Assembly: GCA_965649115.1 (NCBI GenBank)
Contig: CBFGJN010000037.1
Location: forward strand, 1-18,609
Source: a candidate division WOR-3 bacterium
GTDB taxonomy: Bacteria > Hydrothermota > Hydrothermia > LBFQ01 > DSFT01
DNA: 18,609 nucleotides
Direction of reading: 5' to 3'
Shown here: positions 7,750-14,929 of the stretch, one piece after another
Position numbering within the stretch: position 1 is the first letter of the stretch
How the letters are laid out: every line of letters starts with the position of its first letter
The notes under the pieces: model-generated
What the model saw: the letters and a program-made list of their open reading frames with translations, nothing else
Databases searched by the model: none
What the model was told of the DNA's origin: nothing
Made by a program: the position numbers and the translations under genes

Positions 7750-7956
7750 TGCTTTGTCCAATAAATGGTGTTAAGTCCTTGATAATCAATAACTTATAAA
7801 ATTTTTAAGGAAATTATTTATTTTTCGGGGGGATTGTAGGGGGGCGAAGCCCCCCAAGGCATAAAAATGGGTATTTAAAAGCCGAAGGCTTGGATTTAGG
7901 GGGGGGGTGGGAAAAATATAGAAATAATCTTATTTTCAGAATTATTGGACAAAGCA
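7750..7956 (+). repeat. Full-length reference copy (207 bp) of the element
   Basis: Perfect 15-bp TIR TGCTTTGTCCAATAA / TTATTGGACAAAGCA; dyad at 7772-7796; GGGGGGC-GAA-GCCCCCC at 7839-7855; AAGCC-GAA-GGCTT at 7879-7891; G tract at 7899-7911. Confidence 0.93.
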
Positions 7957-7976
7957 ATTTTTTTATCCCTTAAAAT
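7946..7976 (+). promoter_or_regulatory. Putative promoter: TGGACA (TIR), 19 bp, TAAAAT
   Basis: -10 at 7971-7976 lies 8 nt before the ATG at 7985. The 19-bp spacer is suboptimal. Confidence 0.4.
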
Positions 7977-7984
7977 TATAAAAT

Positions 7985-9202
7985 ATGTTTTTATTAACCT
8001 TAACATTTGAAAGGATACTTGTTCCTATGGATGATGCTCAAACAAATCACTTAAAAGCTTATGGTCTTGCTTATTGGTCAGTAAAGAATGGCTTTAAAAC
8101 ATGGTGGATATTGAATTATAGAGGAGGAAGTTTTATGATGGAATTTAATAAAGATATTTTAGTAAAAGCAAGTAAAATGGGTGTTTATGTTGAAAACTTA
8201 AATCAAAGTGATATTTCAGAAATTTATTCAATTGTTGAAAAGAAAAATATGGAAATTGTTGAACTTGTTAGAGCTCCAAAAGTAGCGGTTTATGCACCAC
8301 CCTATAATAGACCATGGGATGATGCTGTAGAACTTGCCTTAAATTATGCTGAAATTCCTTATGATAGAATTTGGGATGAAGAAATTTTAAATGGAAAGGT
8401 TATGGAGTACGATTGGTTACATTTACACCATGAAGATTTTACAGGAATGCTTGGTAAATTTTGGGCAAGCTATCAGTTTACAGATTGGTATCAAAATATG
8501 GAGAAAATAAATTTACAAATGGCAAAAAAATTTGGCTTTAAAGATATTCCATCACTTAAAAAAGCAGTTTCAAAAAAAATTAGAGATTTTGTTGCAAGTG
8601 GTAAATTTCTTTTTGCTATGTGTGCTGCTCCAATTACTTTGGATATAGCATTAGCAAGCCAAAATGTTGATATTGCAGATGTTCCTTTTGATGGAACACC
8701 ACCTGAACCAAACTATAATAATAAATTAGATTATTCTCAAACATTTGCTTTCAAGGACTTTAAAGTGATTTCTGACCCTTACATTTATGAGCATTCTGAT
8801 ATAGACATAACAAGAGAAGCAGCTTTGAGAGGTCCTGATAATTATTTTGAATTATTTGAATTTTCTGCAAAGTTTGATATAATACCTACAATTTTAACCC
8901 AAGATCATACATCAACTATAAGGGAATTCCTCGGGCAAGATACGGGATTTAAAAGAGATAAAATTAAGGATAATGTTATAATTCTTGCTGATGTTCCTGG
9001 AACTGATGAAGTTAAGTACATTTATGGAACTTATGGTAAAGGGTTCTTTTCATTTCTTGGAGGACATGACCCCGAGGATTATCAACATTTCGTAGGAGAA
9101 CCTCCTACTGATTTATCAAAATTCCCCAATTCACCAGGTTATAGACTAATTTTAAATAATGTTTTACTTCCTTCTACAAAAAGAAAACCTTTAAAAACAT
9201 GA
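7985..9202 (+). CDS. Conserved hypothetical protein, probable class I glutamine amidotransferase-like fold
   Basis: Motifs PMDDAQTNHLKAYG, WILNYRGGSF, PWDDAV, YDWLHLHHEDFTG, FAMC, GGHDPEDYQH and PNSPGYRLILNN. From recall, the family is often auto-labelled 'asparagine synthetase B' in Bacteroidota-related genomes, but it lacks AsnB motifs. Confidence 0.8.
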   Translation: MFLLTLTFERILVPMDDAQTNHLKAYGLAYWSVKNGFKTWWILNYRGGSFMMEFNKDILVKASKMGVYVENLNQSDISEIYSIVEKKNMEIVELVRAPKVAVYAPPYNRPWDDAVELALNYAEIPYDRIWDEEILNGKVMEYDWLHLHHEDFTGMLGKFWASYQFTDWYQNMEKINLQMAKKFGFKDIPSLKKAVSKKIRDFVASGKFLFAMCAAPITLDIALASQNVDIADVPFDGTPPEPNYNNKLDYSQTFAFKDFKVISDPYIYEHSDIDITREAALRGPDNYFELFEFSAKFDIIPTILTQDHTSTIREFLGQDTGFKRDKIKDNVIILADVPGTDEVKYIYGTYGKGFFSFLGGHDPEDYQHFVGEPPTDLSKFPNSPGYRLILNNVLLPSTKRKPLKT

Positions 9203-9861
9203 AAGTTATATCATTTGATTGTTATGGAACAATTGTAGATTGGGAAAAGGGTATAATAAGTTCTTTAAGACCAATTTTTGAGAAATATGAGGTTGATATA
9301 ACAGATGATGAAATACTTGAAATTTATTCAATTATTGAAAGTAGGCTTGAAAAAAATTATATTCCTTACAAAGAAATTTTGAGGAAAATTGTGATAAAAT
9401 TTTCGGATTATTTTGATTTTGATCTTGAAAAAGGTGAAGAAAATGCTTTATTAGACAATTGGGCTAATTTTGAATTATTTGAAGATGTTAATGAAACTCT
9501 TAAAGAAATTAAAAAAAGAGGATATAAAATTGCCATTATTTCAAATGTTGATAATGATTTATTTGAATTAACAAAAAAGAAATTTGAATTTGAAATTGAT
9601 TATCTTATAACTTCACAAATGGTTAAGGCTTATAAACCCTCAAAAATTATATTTGAATATGCATTAAATGTCTTTAATTCAAAAAAGGATGAAATTTTAC
9701 ATACTGCTCAAAGTTATTATCACGATATTATTCCTGCAAAAGAATTAGGAATTAAGACTGCACATATAAGAAGAAGAGGATTTGGTGCCACACCAAGAGT
9801 TGAAATTGTTAATTCAGATTATGAATTTGAAAATTTAAGAGAAATACTTTCTATACTATAA
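9199..9861 (+). CDS. HAD-superfamily hydrolase (haloacid dehalogenase type II-like)
   Basis: Motif I FDCYGT, motif II SNVD, YKP, and HDIIPA. Confidence 0.9.
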   Translation: MKVISFDCYGTIVDWEKGIISSLRPIFEKYEVDITDDEILEIYSIIESRLEKNYIPYKEILRKIVIKFSDYFDFDLEKGEENALLDNWANFELFEDVNETLKEIKKRGYKIAIISNVDNDLFELTKKKFEFEIDYLITSQMVKAYKPSKIIFEYALNVFNSKKDEILHTAQSYYHDIIPAKELGIKTAHIRRRGFGATPRVEIVNSDYEFENLREILSIL

Positions 9862-11229
9862 ATAACTTCTTAAATAGAGCTTTTGACCAAATCTATCAAT
9901 CGTAATATCAATATATCTCTTTGATTTTACTATTTCAAAAGCTTTTTCAAAATCACTTTTATTATTAACATCAATACCATTCATTTTCAGAATAACATCA
10001 CCTTTGTTTATCCCAATATATTCAGCTAAACTATTTTGGAAAACTTCAAGGACTAAAATACCTTTTGTTGTTTTTAATGAGAATTTTTGTGCAATTAATG
10101 GGTTATTTGTTGTCCATTTTATTCCGAAATCACTTTTGTACTCTTGATAATTTACTTCCTTTGGTTTTAATTCAAAATGATAAATTTTTCCATTTCTAAA
10201 TAATTCAATTTTTAAAATATCATCTGGAACTAAAAAATAAGTTAAATTATGCCAATCACCAACATTTTTAATTTCTTTACCATTTACTTTAAGAATAATA
10301 TCCCCCTCTTTAATTTGGCTATCATAAGAACTACTAACTAAAACACCTAAATTACCATTATAACCAAGTGCCTTTTTAATTTCATTATTTAAGGGTTGGA
10401 CATCAATTCCAATAAAAGCTTCCCTTAACTTACCAAATTTTATAACTTCATTAAAGAATTTTTTAACAGTGTTTATTGGTATTGCAAAACCTATACCTTC
10501 AAACCCTCCTGATTGCGAGAAAATAAATGTATTAACTCCTATAACCTCACCTTTTACATTAACTAATGCGCCACCACTATTTCCAGGATTTATTGCAGCA
10601 TCGGTTTGAATCATATTTCTATATTCTCTTTCTCCTCTACCTTTAACTGATCTTCCAATAGCACTTATAATACCAGCAGTAATCGTTGGTTCTGTATTTT
10701 CTAAATAGAATGCAAGTGGATTACCAATTGCAATAGCCCATTCTCCTACCATTAATTCATCAGAATTTCCAAGTTTAGCATATGGAAAATCTTTTCTATT
10801 TGAATTGATTTTAAGTAAAGCCAAATCTAATTTTGAATCTTTATAAATTAACTTTGCACTAAATTGTTCTGAATTAGGAAATGTTATTAGAATTGAATCA
10901 GGATTATCACCAATAACATGTTCATTAGTTATAATATAACCATCAGGTGTAATAACAATACCAGAACCAAGTGATTGAACTGTTCTTATACTATAACTTG
11001 GAGGAATAATTTCCTTCCAAAAAGGGTCTAAAAATGGAGGATATTCTTCCACTACTTCTTTTGTTAAAACTGTTATAGAAACAATACTTGGCGCTGCCAA
11101 TTGACTTGCATAAACAATAGCATTAGCTCTTGTGCTATCTATATATCTATTTAAGAGAAATTTATCATTTTCTAATGAATAACCTTTTGAATTACAAGCA
11201 ATTAAAAATAAAAAAATTAGCTTTCTCAT
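9856..11229 (-). CDS. HtrA/DegP/DegQ-family serine protease with two PDZ domains, probable lipoprotein
   Basis: TNEHV, DLALL and QTDAAINPGNSGG triad motifs; two GDII/GDVI PDZ segments; N-terminal MRKLIFLFLIAC lipobox-like sequence. Confidence 0.93.
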   Translation of the reverse strand: MRKLIFLFLIACNSKGYSLENDKFLLNRYIDSTRANAIVYASQLAAPSIVSITVLTKEVVEEYPPFLDPFWKEIIPPSYSIRTVQSLGSGIVITPDGYIITNEHVIGDNPDSILITFPNSEQFSAKLIYKDSKLDLALLKINSNRKDFPYAKLGNSDELMVGEWAIAIGNPLAFYLENTEPTITAGIISAIGRSVKGRGEREYRNMIQTDAAINPGNSGGALVNVKGEVIGVNTFIFSQSGGFEGIGFAIPINTVKKFFNEVIKFGKLREAFIGIDVQPLNNEIKKALGYNGNLGVLVSSSYDSQIKEGDIILKVNGKEIKNVGDWHNLTYFLVPDDILKIELFRNGKIYHFELKPKEVNYQEYKSDFGIKWTTNNPLIAQKFSLKTTKGILVLEVFQNSLAEYIGINKGDVILKMNGIDVNNKSDFEKAFEIVKSKRYIDITIDRFGQKLYLRSYL

Positions 11230-12368
11230 TCTATATATTCTTCAATAATTTGAGACTTCATCTCTTCAAAAAGTTTCGGAGCTTTCTTATAAATTACATT
11301 TAAAGTTCCAACCCTATAACAATTTGGACATTCAATATAGAAGCTATTAAATTCTTTATTACAACTACTACATTTATAAAAATTGAGGTTTTTAGAAATG
11401 TTTAAAATTTCTTTGATAACTTGTTCATCTTTAATAATCTCATAAACTCTTGAAAGGAGAGATATATTTGAAAGAAAAATTTCCTTATTTTCATAAAAAT
11501 AATCTCTTGCCTTTTCAAATTCTCCCATATTGTACAAAATTCTAATATAATCCAGTTTTGCAATTGGATTTTCAAGATTTTTGAGAAATTCTAAAAATTC
11601 ATTATAATTTCCGACTTCAAAATATGCTTCTTTAAGCTCATCTTTAATATAACTATATAAATTTGGAGACTTCAATAATCCATCTTTAAATAAGTCAATA
11701 GCAGTTTTTAAATTTCCATTATAAAATTGATAAGTACCTCTTGCTAATACTAAAAATCCATTTTCATATATCTTACTTGCTTCTGCTATAAGTTTTTTAC
11801 CAATTTCAAGCTCTCCATTTCTTATAGCTGATATTGAAAGCTTTGATAATATATTTGAAAATTGTTCTTTTTCTAAATTATTTATAATTTTTTTATAGTA
11901 ATAAGCGGAATTTTTGTAGTCTTTAAGTTGTTCGTAAAATTTAGCAATTAGAAAATAATAGTTTTTGTCATTAATTTTGTGTTCTAATAAAAATTCTAAA
12001 CCTTCTTTTATTTTATTTAGTTTTAAATACAATTCTCCAACTAAAATAATTGCTCTATTTCTAATAGTTTCATCAATATAAGCACCAACAATTAACGACC
12101 TTGAAAGTCTTAAAGCTTTTTCAATTCTTCCAACATCTATATATAAAAATGCTAAATGCAAGTATATGTAGTATTTATCACTTATTCTTGCAATTTTAAC
12201 TTCCTCTTTTAGCAAATCAATAGCAACATTAACAGGATTTTTTAGAATCTCATCAACTTTTTTTATAATTTCTTTGCTTGGTGTAAATTTTGGGGTATAA
12301 ATTTCTCTAATATAGCCAAATAAGAAAAATAAAATTATTAAAAGTATAGCAATGTAAATCCAAATCAT
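11226..12368 (-). CDS. LapB (YciM)-like TPR protein with C-terminal rubredoxin-type motif
   Basis: N-terminal TM, TPR-like helices, YKCSSC...CPNC; directly downstream of a LapA-like gene. Confidence 0.75.
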   Translation of the reverse strand: MIWIYIAILLIILFFLFGYIREIYTPKFTPSKEIIKKVDEILKNPVNVAIDLLKEEVKIARISDKYYIYLHLAFLYIDVGRIEKALRLSRSLIVGAYIDETIRNRAIILVGELYLKLNKIKEGLEFLLEHKINDKNYYFLIAKFYEQLKDYKNSAYYYKKIINNLEKEQFSNILSKLSISAIRNGELEIGKKLIAEASKIYENGFLVLARGTYQFYNGNLKTAIDLFKDGLLKSPNLYSYIKDELKEAYFEVGNYNEFLEFLKNLENPIAKLDYIRILYNMGEFEKARDYFYENKEIFLSNISLLSRVYEIIKDEQVIKEILNISKNLNFYKCSSCNKEFNSFYIECPNCYRVGTLNVIYKKAPKLFEEMKSQIIEEYIE

Positions 12369-12661
12369 GTTTCTTCTTCTATTAAAAATTTTCTTAATTC
12401 ATCAAGTTCATTTTCAAGGTGTTTAATTTTTCTTTCTTTATTATTAAGCTGAATTTTTGCTCTTGTAATTTCAATTAGACCAATTACGGAAGAAGAAGCA
12501 AATCCAAATATAAATGAAATTAAAATTATTACCCAAAGTGGAACACTTTCATAAGCACTTCCAAAAATGCGGAAATTTATTCTAATCTCACTATTTTCTA
12601 ATAAAAAATAAAAAAGCATTGAGGACAAAATTAGAACAATTACAAAACGAAGGAATGTCAT
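12365..12661 (-). CDS. LapA (YciS) family membrane protein
   Basis: Two TM segments, FLLEN...VPLWVIILISFIFG, and a C-terminal coiled coil. Confidence 0.8.
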   Translation of the reverse strand: MTFLRFVIVLILSSMLFYFLLENSEIRINFRIFGSAYESVPLWVIILISFIFGFASSSVIGLIEITRAKIQLNNKERKIKHLENELDELRKFLIEEET

Positions 12662-12670
12662 ATATTGAAA

Positions 12671-12676
12671 ATTTTA
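12671..12676 (-). promoter_or_regulatory. Putative -10 box TAAAAT for the lapA-like operon
   Basis: 9 nt upstream of the ATG (12661); no SD. Confidence 0.45.
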
Positions 12677-12696
12677 AAGCATAATAATAGATTTTT

Positions 12697-12874
12697 TGGT
12701 ATGTCTAGTAATTCTAAAATATAGATTATTTCTAATTTCTCCCACCCACCCTATGATTAAGCCTTAGACTTAAAAATCTCTACTCTTATGTCTTGGGGGC
12801 TTCGCCCCCTATTAACCCCACAATAAATAAGTTATTGAAAATCAATAACTTGACATTAATTATTGGACAAAGCA
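12697..12874 (-). repeat. Copy of the element (178 bp), reverse orientation, between divergent genes
   Basis: TGGTATGTCTAGTAATTCT...CCCACCCACCCTA...GGGGGC-TTC-GCCCCC (12795-12809)...AAGTTATTGA-AAA-TCAATAACTT (12829-12851)...TTATTGGACAAAGCA. Confidence 0.9.
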
Positions 12875-12995
12875 TATACCCTGTGTTTTCTTTTTTCTTT
12901 TGGGAGCTAAATAAAGATTTTTGGTATTTGGCAAATAGCAGTTTGAAGAGGAGAAAAAAAAGAAATTTTGTTTAGAATTTGTTAAGAATCATTTT

Positions 12996-13001
12996 TATAA
13001 T
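12996..13001 (+). promoter_or_regulatory. Putative -10 box TATAAT for yifB/comM
   Basis: Consensus hexamer 7 nt upstream of the ATG at 13009; no SD. Confidence 0.5.
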
Positions 13002-13008
13002 TTAAAGT

Positions 13009-14526
13009 ATGTATTCCAAAATATCATCTGCTAATGTGATTGGGGTTGATGGGTTTTTGGTAGATGTTGAGGTTGATTTATCAAATGGACTTCCCTCAGT
13101 TATACTTGTTGGTCTTGCTGAGACAAGTGTTAAAGAATCAAGAGAAAGGGTAATATCTGCTATAAAAAATTGTGGTTTTACAATTCCTTCTAAAAAAATT
13201 AGAATAAATTTAGCACCTGCTGATATGAGGAAGGAAGGTTCTTTATTTGATTTACCTATCGCTATTGGTATTCTTTCTGCTCTTGGTTATATGGATTATA
13301 GTGAATTTTATAAAAAATATATAATAATTGGTGAGTTATCTTTGGATGGTAAGTTGAGAAAAATTAGAGGTGCATTGCCAATTTGTTTAATGGCAAAAGA
13401 ATTAGGATTTGAAGGTGTTATTCTTCCTTATGATAATAGATATGAAGGAAGTATGGTAGATGATTTGAAAATTTATCCATTTGATAATTTGTTGGATGTT
13501 GTTAAGTTTTTAAGAAATGAGTTATTTGTCAAACCTTTTGATGAGAAAAAGGAAAATTTCATTCAAAACTATGATTTAGATATTAGTGATATTAGGGGGC
13601 AGTGGGCTGTTAAAAGAGCAATTGAAATAGCAGTTGCAGGAGGACACAATCTTCTCATGCTCGGACCTCCTGGTAGTGGTAAAACTATGTTTGCTAAAAG
13701 AATTCCTACCTTACTGCCCCCCCTAACAAAAGAAGAAGCTCTTGAAACTACAAAAATATATTCTATTGCTGGCATTTTAAATGGTAGTATAATAAATCAG
13801 AGACCTTTTAGAAACCCTCATCATTCAATATCAGATGTTGGACTAATAGGTGGTGGAACGCACTTTCAACCAGGTGAAGTTTCATTAGCTCATAATGGTG
13901 TTTTATTTCTGGATGAATTACCTGAATTTTCAAGAAAAACACTAGAAGTTTTGAGGCAACCTCTTGAAGATGGTTATGTTGTTATTTCAAGGGCAAATTA
14001 TAAAGTTAAAATTCCTTCAAGATTTATGCTTGTTTGTGCGATGAATCCTTGTCCCTGTGGTTATTTTGGTTATGGAAATTGTAAATGCACTGTAAATCAA
14101 ATAAAACAATATCAAAATAAAATTTCAGGACCACTTTTAGATAGAATTGATATCCATATTGAAGTTCCTAATGTTCCTTATGAGGAATTAAGATATAAGG
14201 ATGGCGGTGATAGTTCAGTAATCATCAGAGAAAGAGTTTTAAAGGCAAGAGAAATTCAGGAAAAACGATTTAAAAATTTAAATATAAAGACAAATAGTCA
14301 AATGAGTGAAAAAGAAATAACAAAATTCTGTAAATTGGATATAAAAGCAGAAGAATTTCTATTAAGTATTTCAAAAAAATTTAATTTTTCAGCAAGAGCA
14401 ATACATAAAATTATAAAAGTAAGTAGAACAATTGCAGATTTATCATCATCAAATGAAATTAAAATTGAGCATATAGCAGAAGCTGTGAGTTATAGAGTCT
14501 TAGATAAACTAAATGGTAGTTTTTAG
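13009..14526 (+). CDS. comM: YifB/ComM family Mg-chelatase-like AAA+ ATPase
   Basis: VKESRERV, INLAPAD, FDLPIA, Walker A GPPGSGKT, RPFRNPHH, PGEVSLAHNGVLFLDE, MNPCPCG and SGPLLDRID. Confidence 0.93.
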   Translation: MYSKISSANVIGVDGFLVDVEVDLSNGLPSVILVGLAETSVKESRERVISAIKNCGFTIPSKKIRINLAPADMRKEGSLFDLPIAIGILSALGYMDYSEFYKKYIIIGELSLDGKLRKIRGALPICLMAKELGFEGVILPYDNRYEGSMVDDLKIYPFDNLLDVVKFLRNELFVKPFDEKKENFIQNYDLDISDIRGQWAVKRAIEIAVAGGHNLLMLGPPGSGKTMFAKRIPTLLPPLTKEEALETTKIYSIAGILNGSIINQRPFRNPHHSISDVGLIGGGTHFQPGEVSLAHNGVLFLDELPEFSRKTLEVLRQPLEDGYVVISRANYKVKIPSRFMLVCAMNPCPCGYFGYGNCKCTVNQIKQYQNKISGPLLDRIDIHIEVPNVPYEELRYKDGGDSSVIIRERVLKAREIQEKRFKNLNIKTNSQMSEKEITKFCKLDIKAEEFLLSISKKFNFSARAIHKIIKVSRTIADLSSSNEIKIEHIAEAVSYRVLDKLNGSF

Positions 14527-14560
14527 TAGGAGAAATTTTTTTAAGGAGGAATAGTTTCAA

Positions 14561-14719
14561 GGCTTTGACTTATAAATGATTTATAAAAAATTTTTTGAAA
14601 TTATAATTTTTATAGGGGGTTTATTAAAGGAGCGTTAGTTATAAGGTTCCGCCTTATTTCGTAGGGTGGGTGGGTAAAATATAGAAATAATCATATTTTT
14701 AGAATTACTAGACAAAGCA
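14561..14719 (+). repeat. Degenerate copy (159 bp) of the element
   Basis: GGCTTTGACTTATAAAT (decayed left TIR)...ATAAGGT-TCC-GCCTTAT (14641-14657)...GTAGGGTGGGTGGG...AGAATTACTAGACAAAGCA. Confidence 0.82.
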
Positions 14720-14726
14720 AAAAAGC

Positions 14727-14904
14727 TGCTTTGTCTAATAATTATTGTTAAGTGATTGATAGTCAATAACTTATAAAATTTTTAAAGAAATTATTGATTT
14801 TATGGGGGATTATTAGGGGGGCGAAGCTAAGGCGAAACCTTATTTTCAGGGTGGACGGGCAAAGAATAGAAATAATCTACATTTCAGAATTCTCAAAAAA
14901 AGCA
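14727..14904 (+). repeat. Copy (178 bp) of the element with decayed right TIR
   Basis: TGCTTTGTCTAATAA, dyad at 14749-14773, GGGGGCGAAGC joined to TAAGGCGAAACCTTA, CAGGGTGGACGGG, CAGAATTCTCAAAAAAAGCA. Confidence 0.87.
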
Positions 14905-14916
14905 AAACATAAGGTT

Positions 14917-14922
14917 TAAAAT
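14917..14922 (+). promoter_or_regulatory. Putative -10 box TAAAAT for topA
   Basis: 7 nt before TTG 14930 (10 nt before ATG 14933); no SD. Confidence 0.45.
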
Positions 14923-14929
14923 TTATAAC

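Noticed and set aside
7770..7776. Integron attC sites (GTTAAGT/GTTAGGT fits GTTRRRY)
   Set aside because: No matching RYYYAAC-bounded attC fold. The flanking genes are housekeeping operons in both orientations rather than cassettes, and there is no integrase.
7836..7855. Classical GTAG-type REP (GTAG before a hairpin; also GTAGGGTGGG at 14661 and 18416)
   Set aside because: GTAG is present in only a minority of copies and not at one homologous position. Kept only as a weak hint of HUH involvement.
7839..7865. Hairpin 1 as a Rho-independent terminator
   Set aside because: No consistent U tract follows the stem on either strand, and several copies lie between divergent genes.
7568..7956. CRISPR array or leader
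   Set aside because: No short direct repeats with unique equal-length spacers, the interiors are homologous, and there are no cas genes.
7559..7965. Target-site duplications around copies
   Set aside because: Flanks GTTATTAAT, AACATACTT and ATTTTTTTA differ. No duplication is visible at other copies either, though decay could hide one.
12793..12975. 60-aa ORF (and 7495-7680 on the minus strand) as a peptide encoded by the element
   Set aside because: The two ORFs cross the same TIR in different frames and other copies have stops or indels, so no coding frame is conserved.
13009..14526. Genomic island inserted in comM (a known integration hotspot)
   Set aside because: The gene is intact at 505 aa, and no integrase or att duplication is visible.
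14543..14550. SD-like AAGGAGGA downstream of comM
   Set aside because: No start codon or ORF follows at a usable distance.
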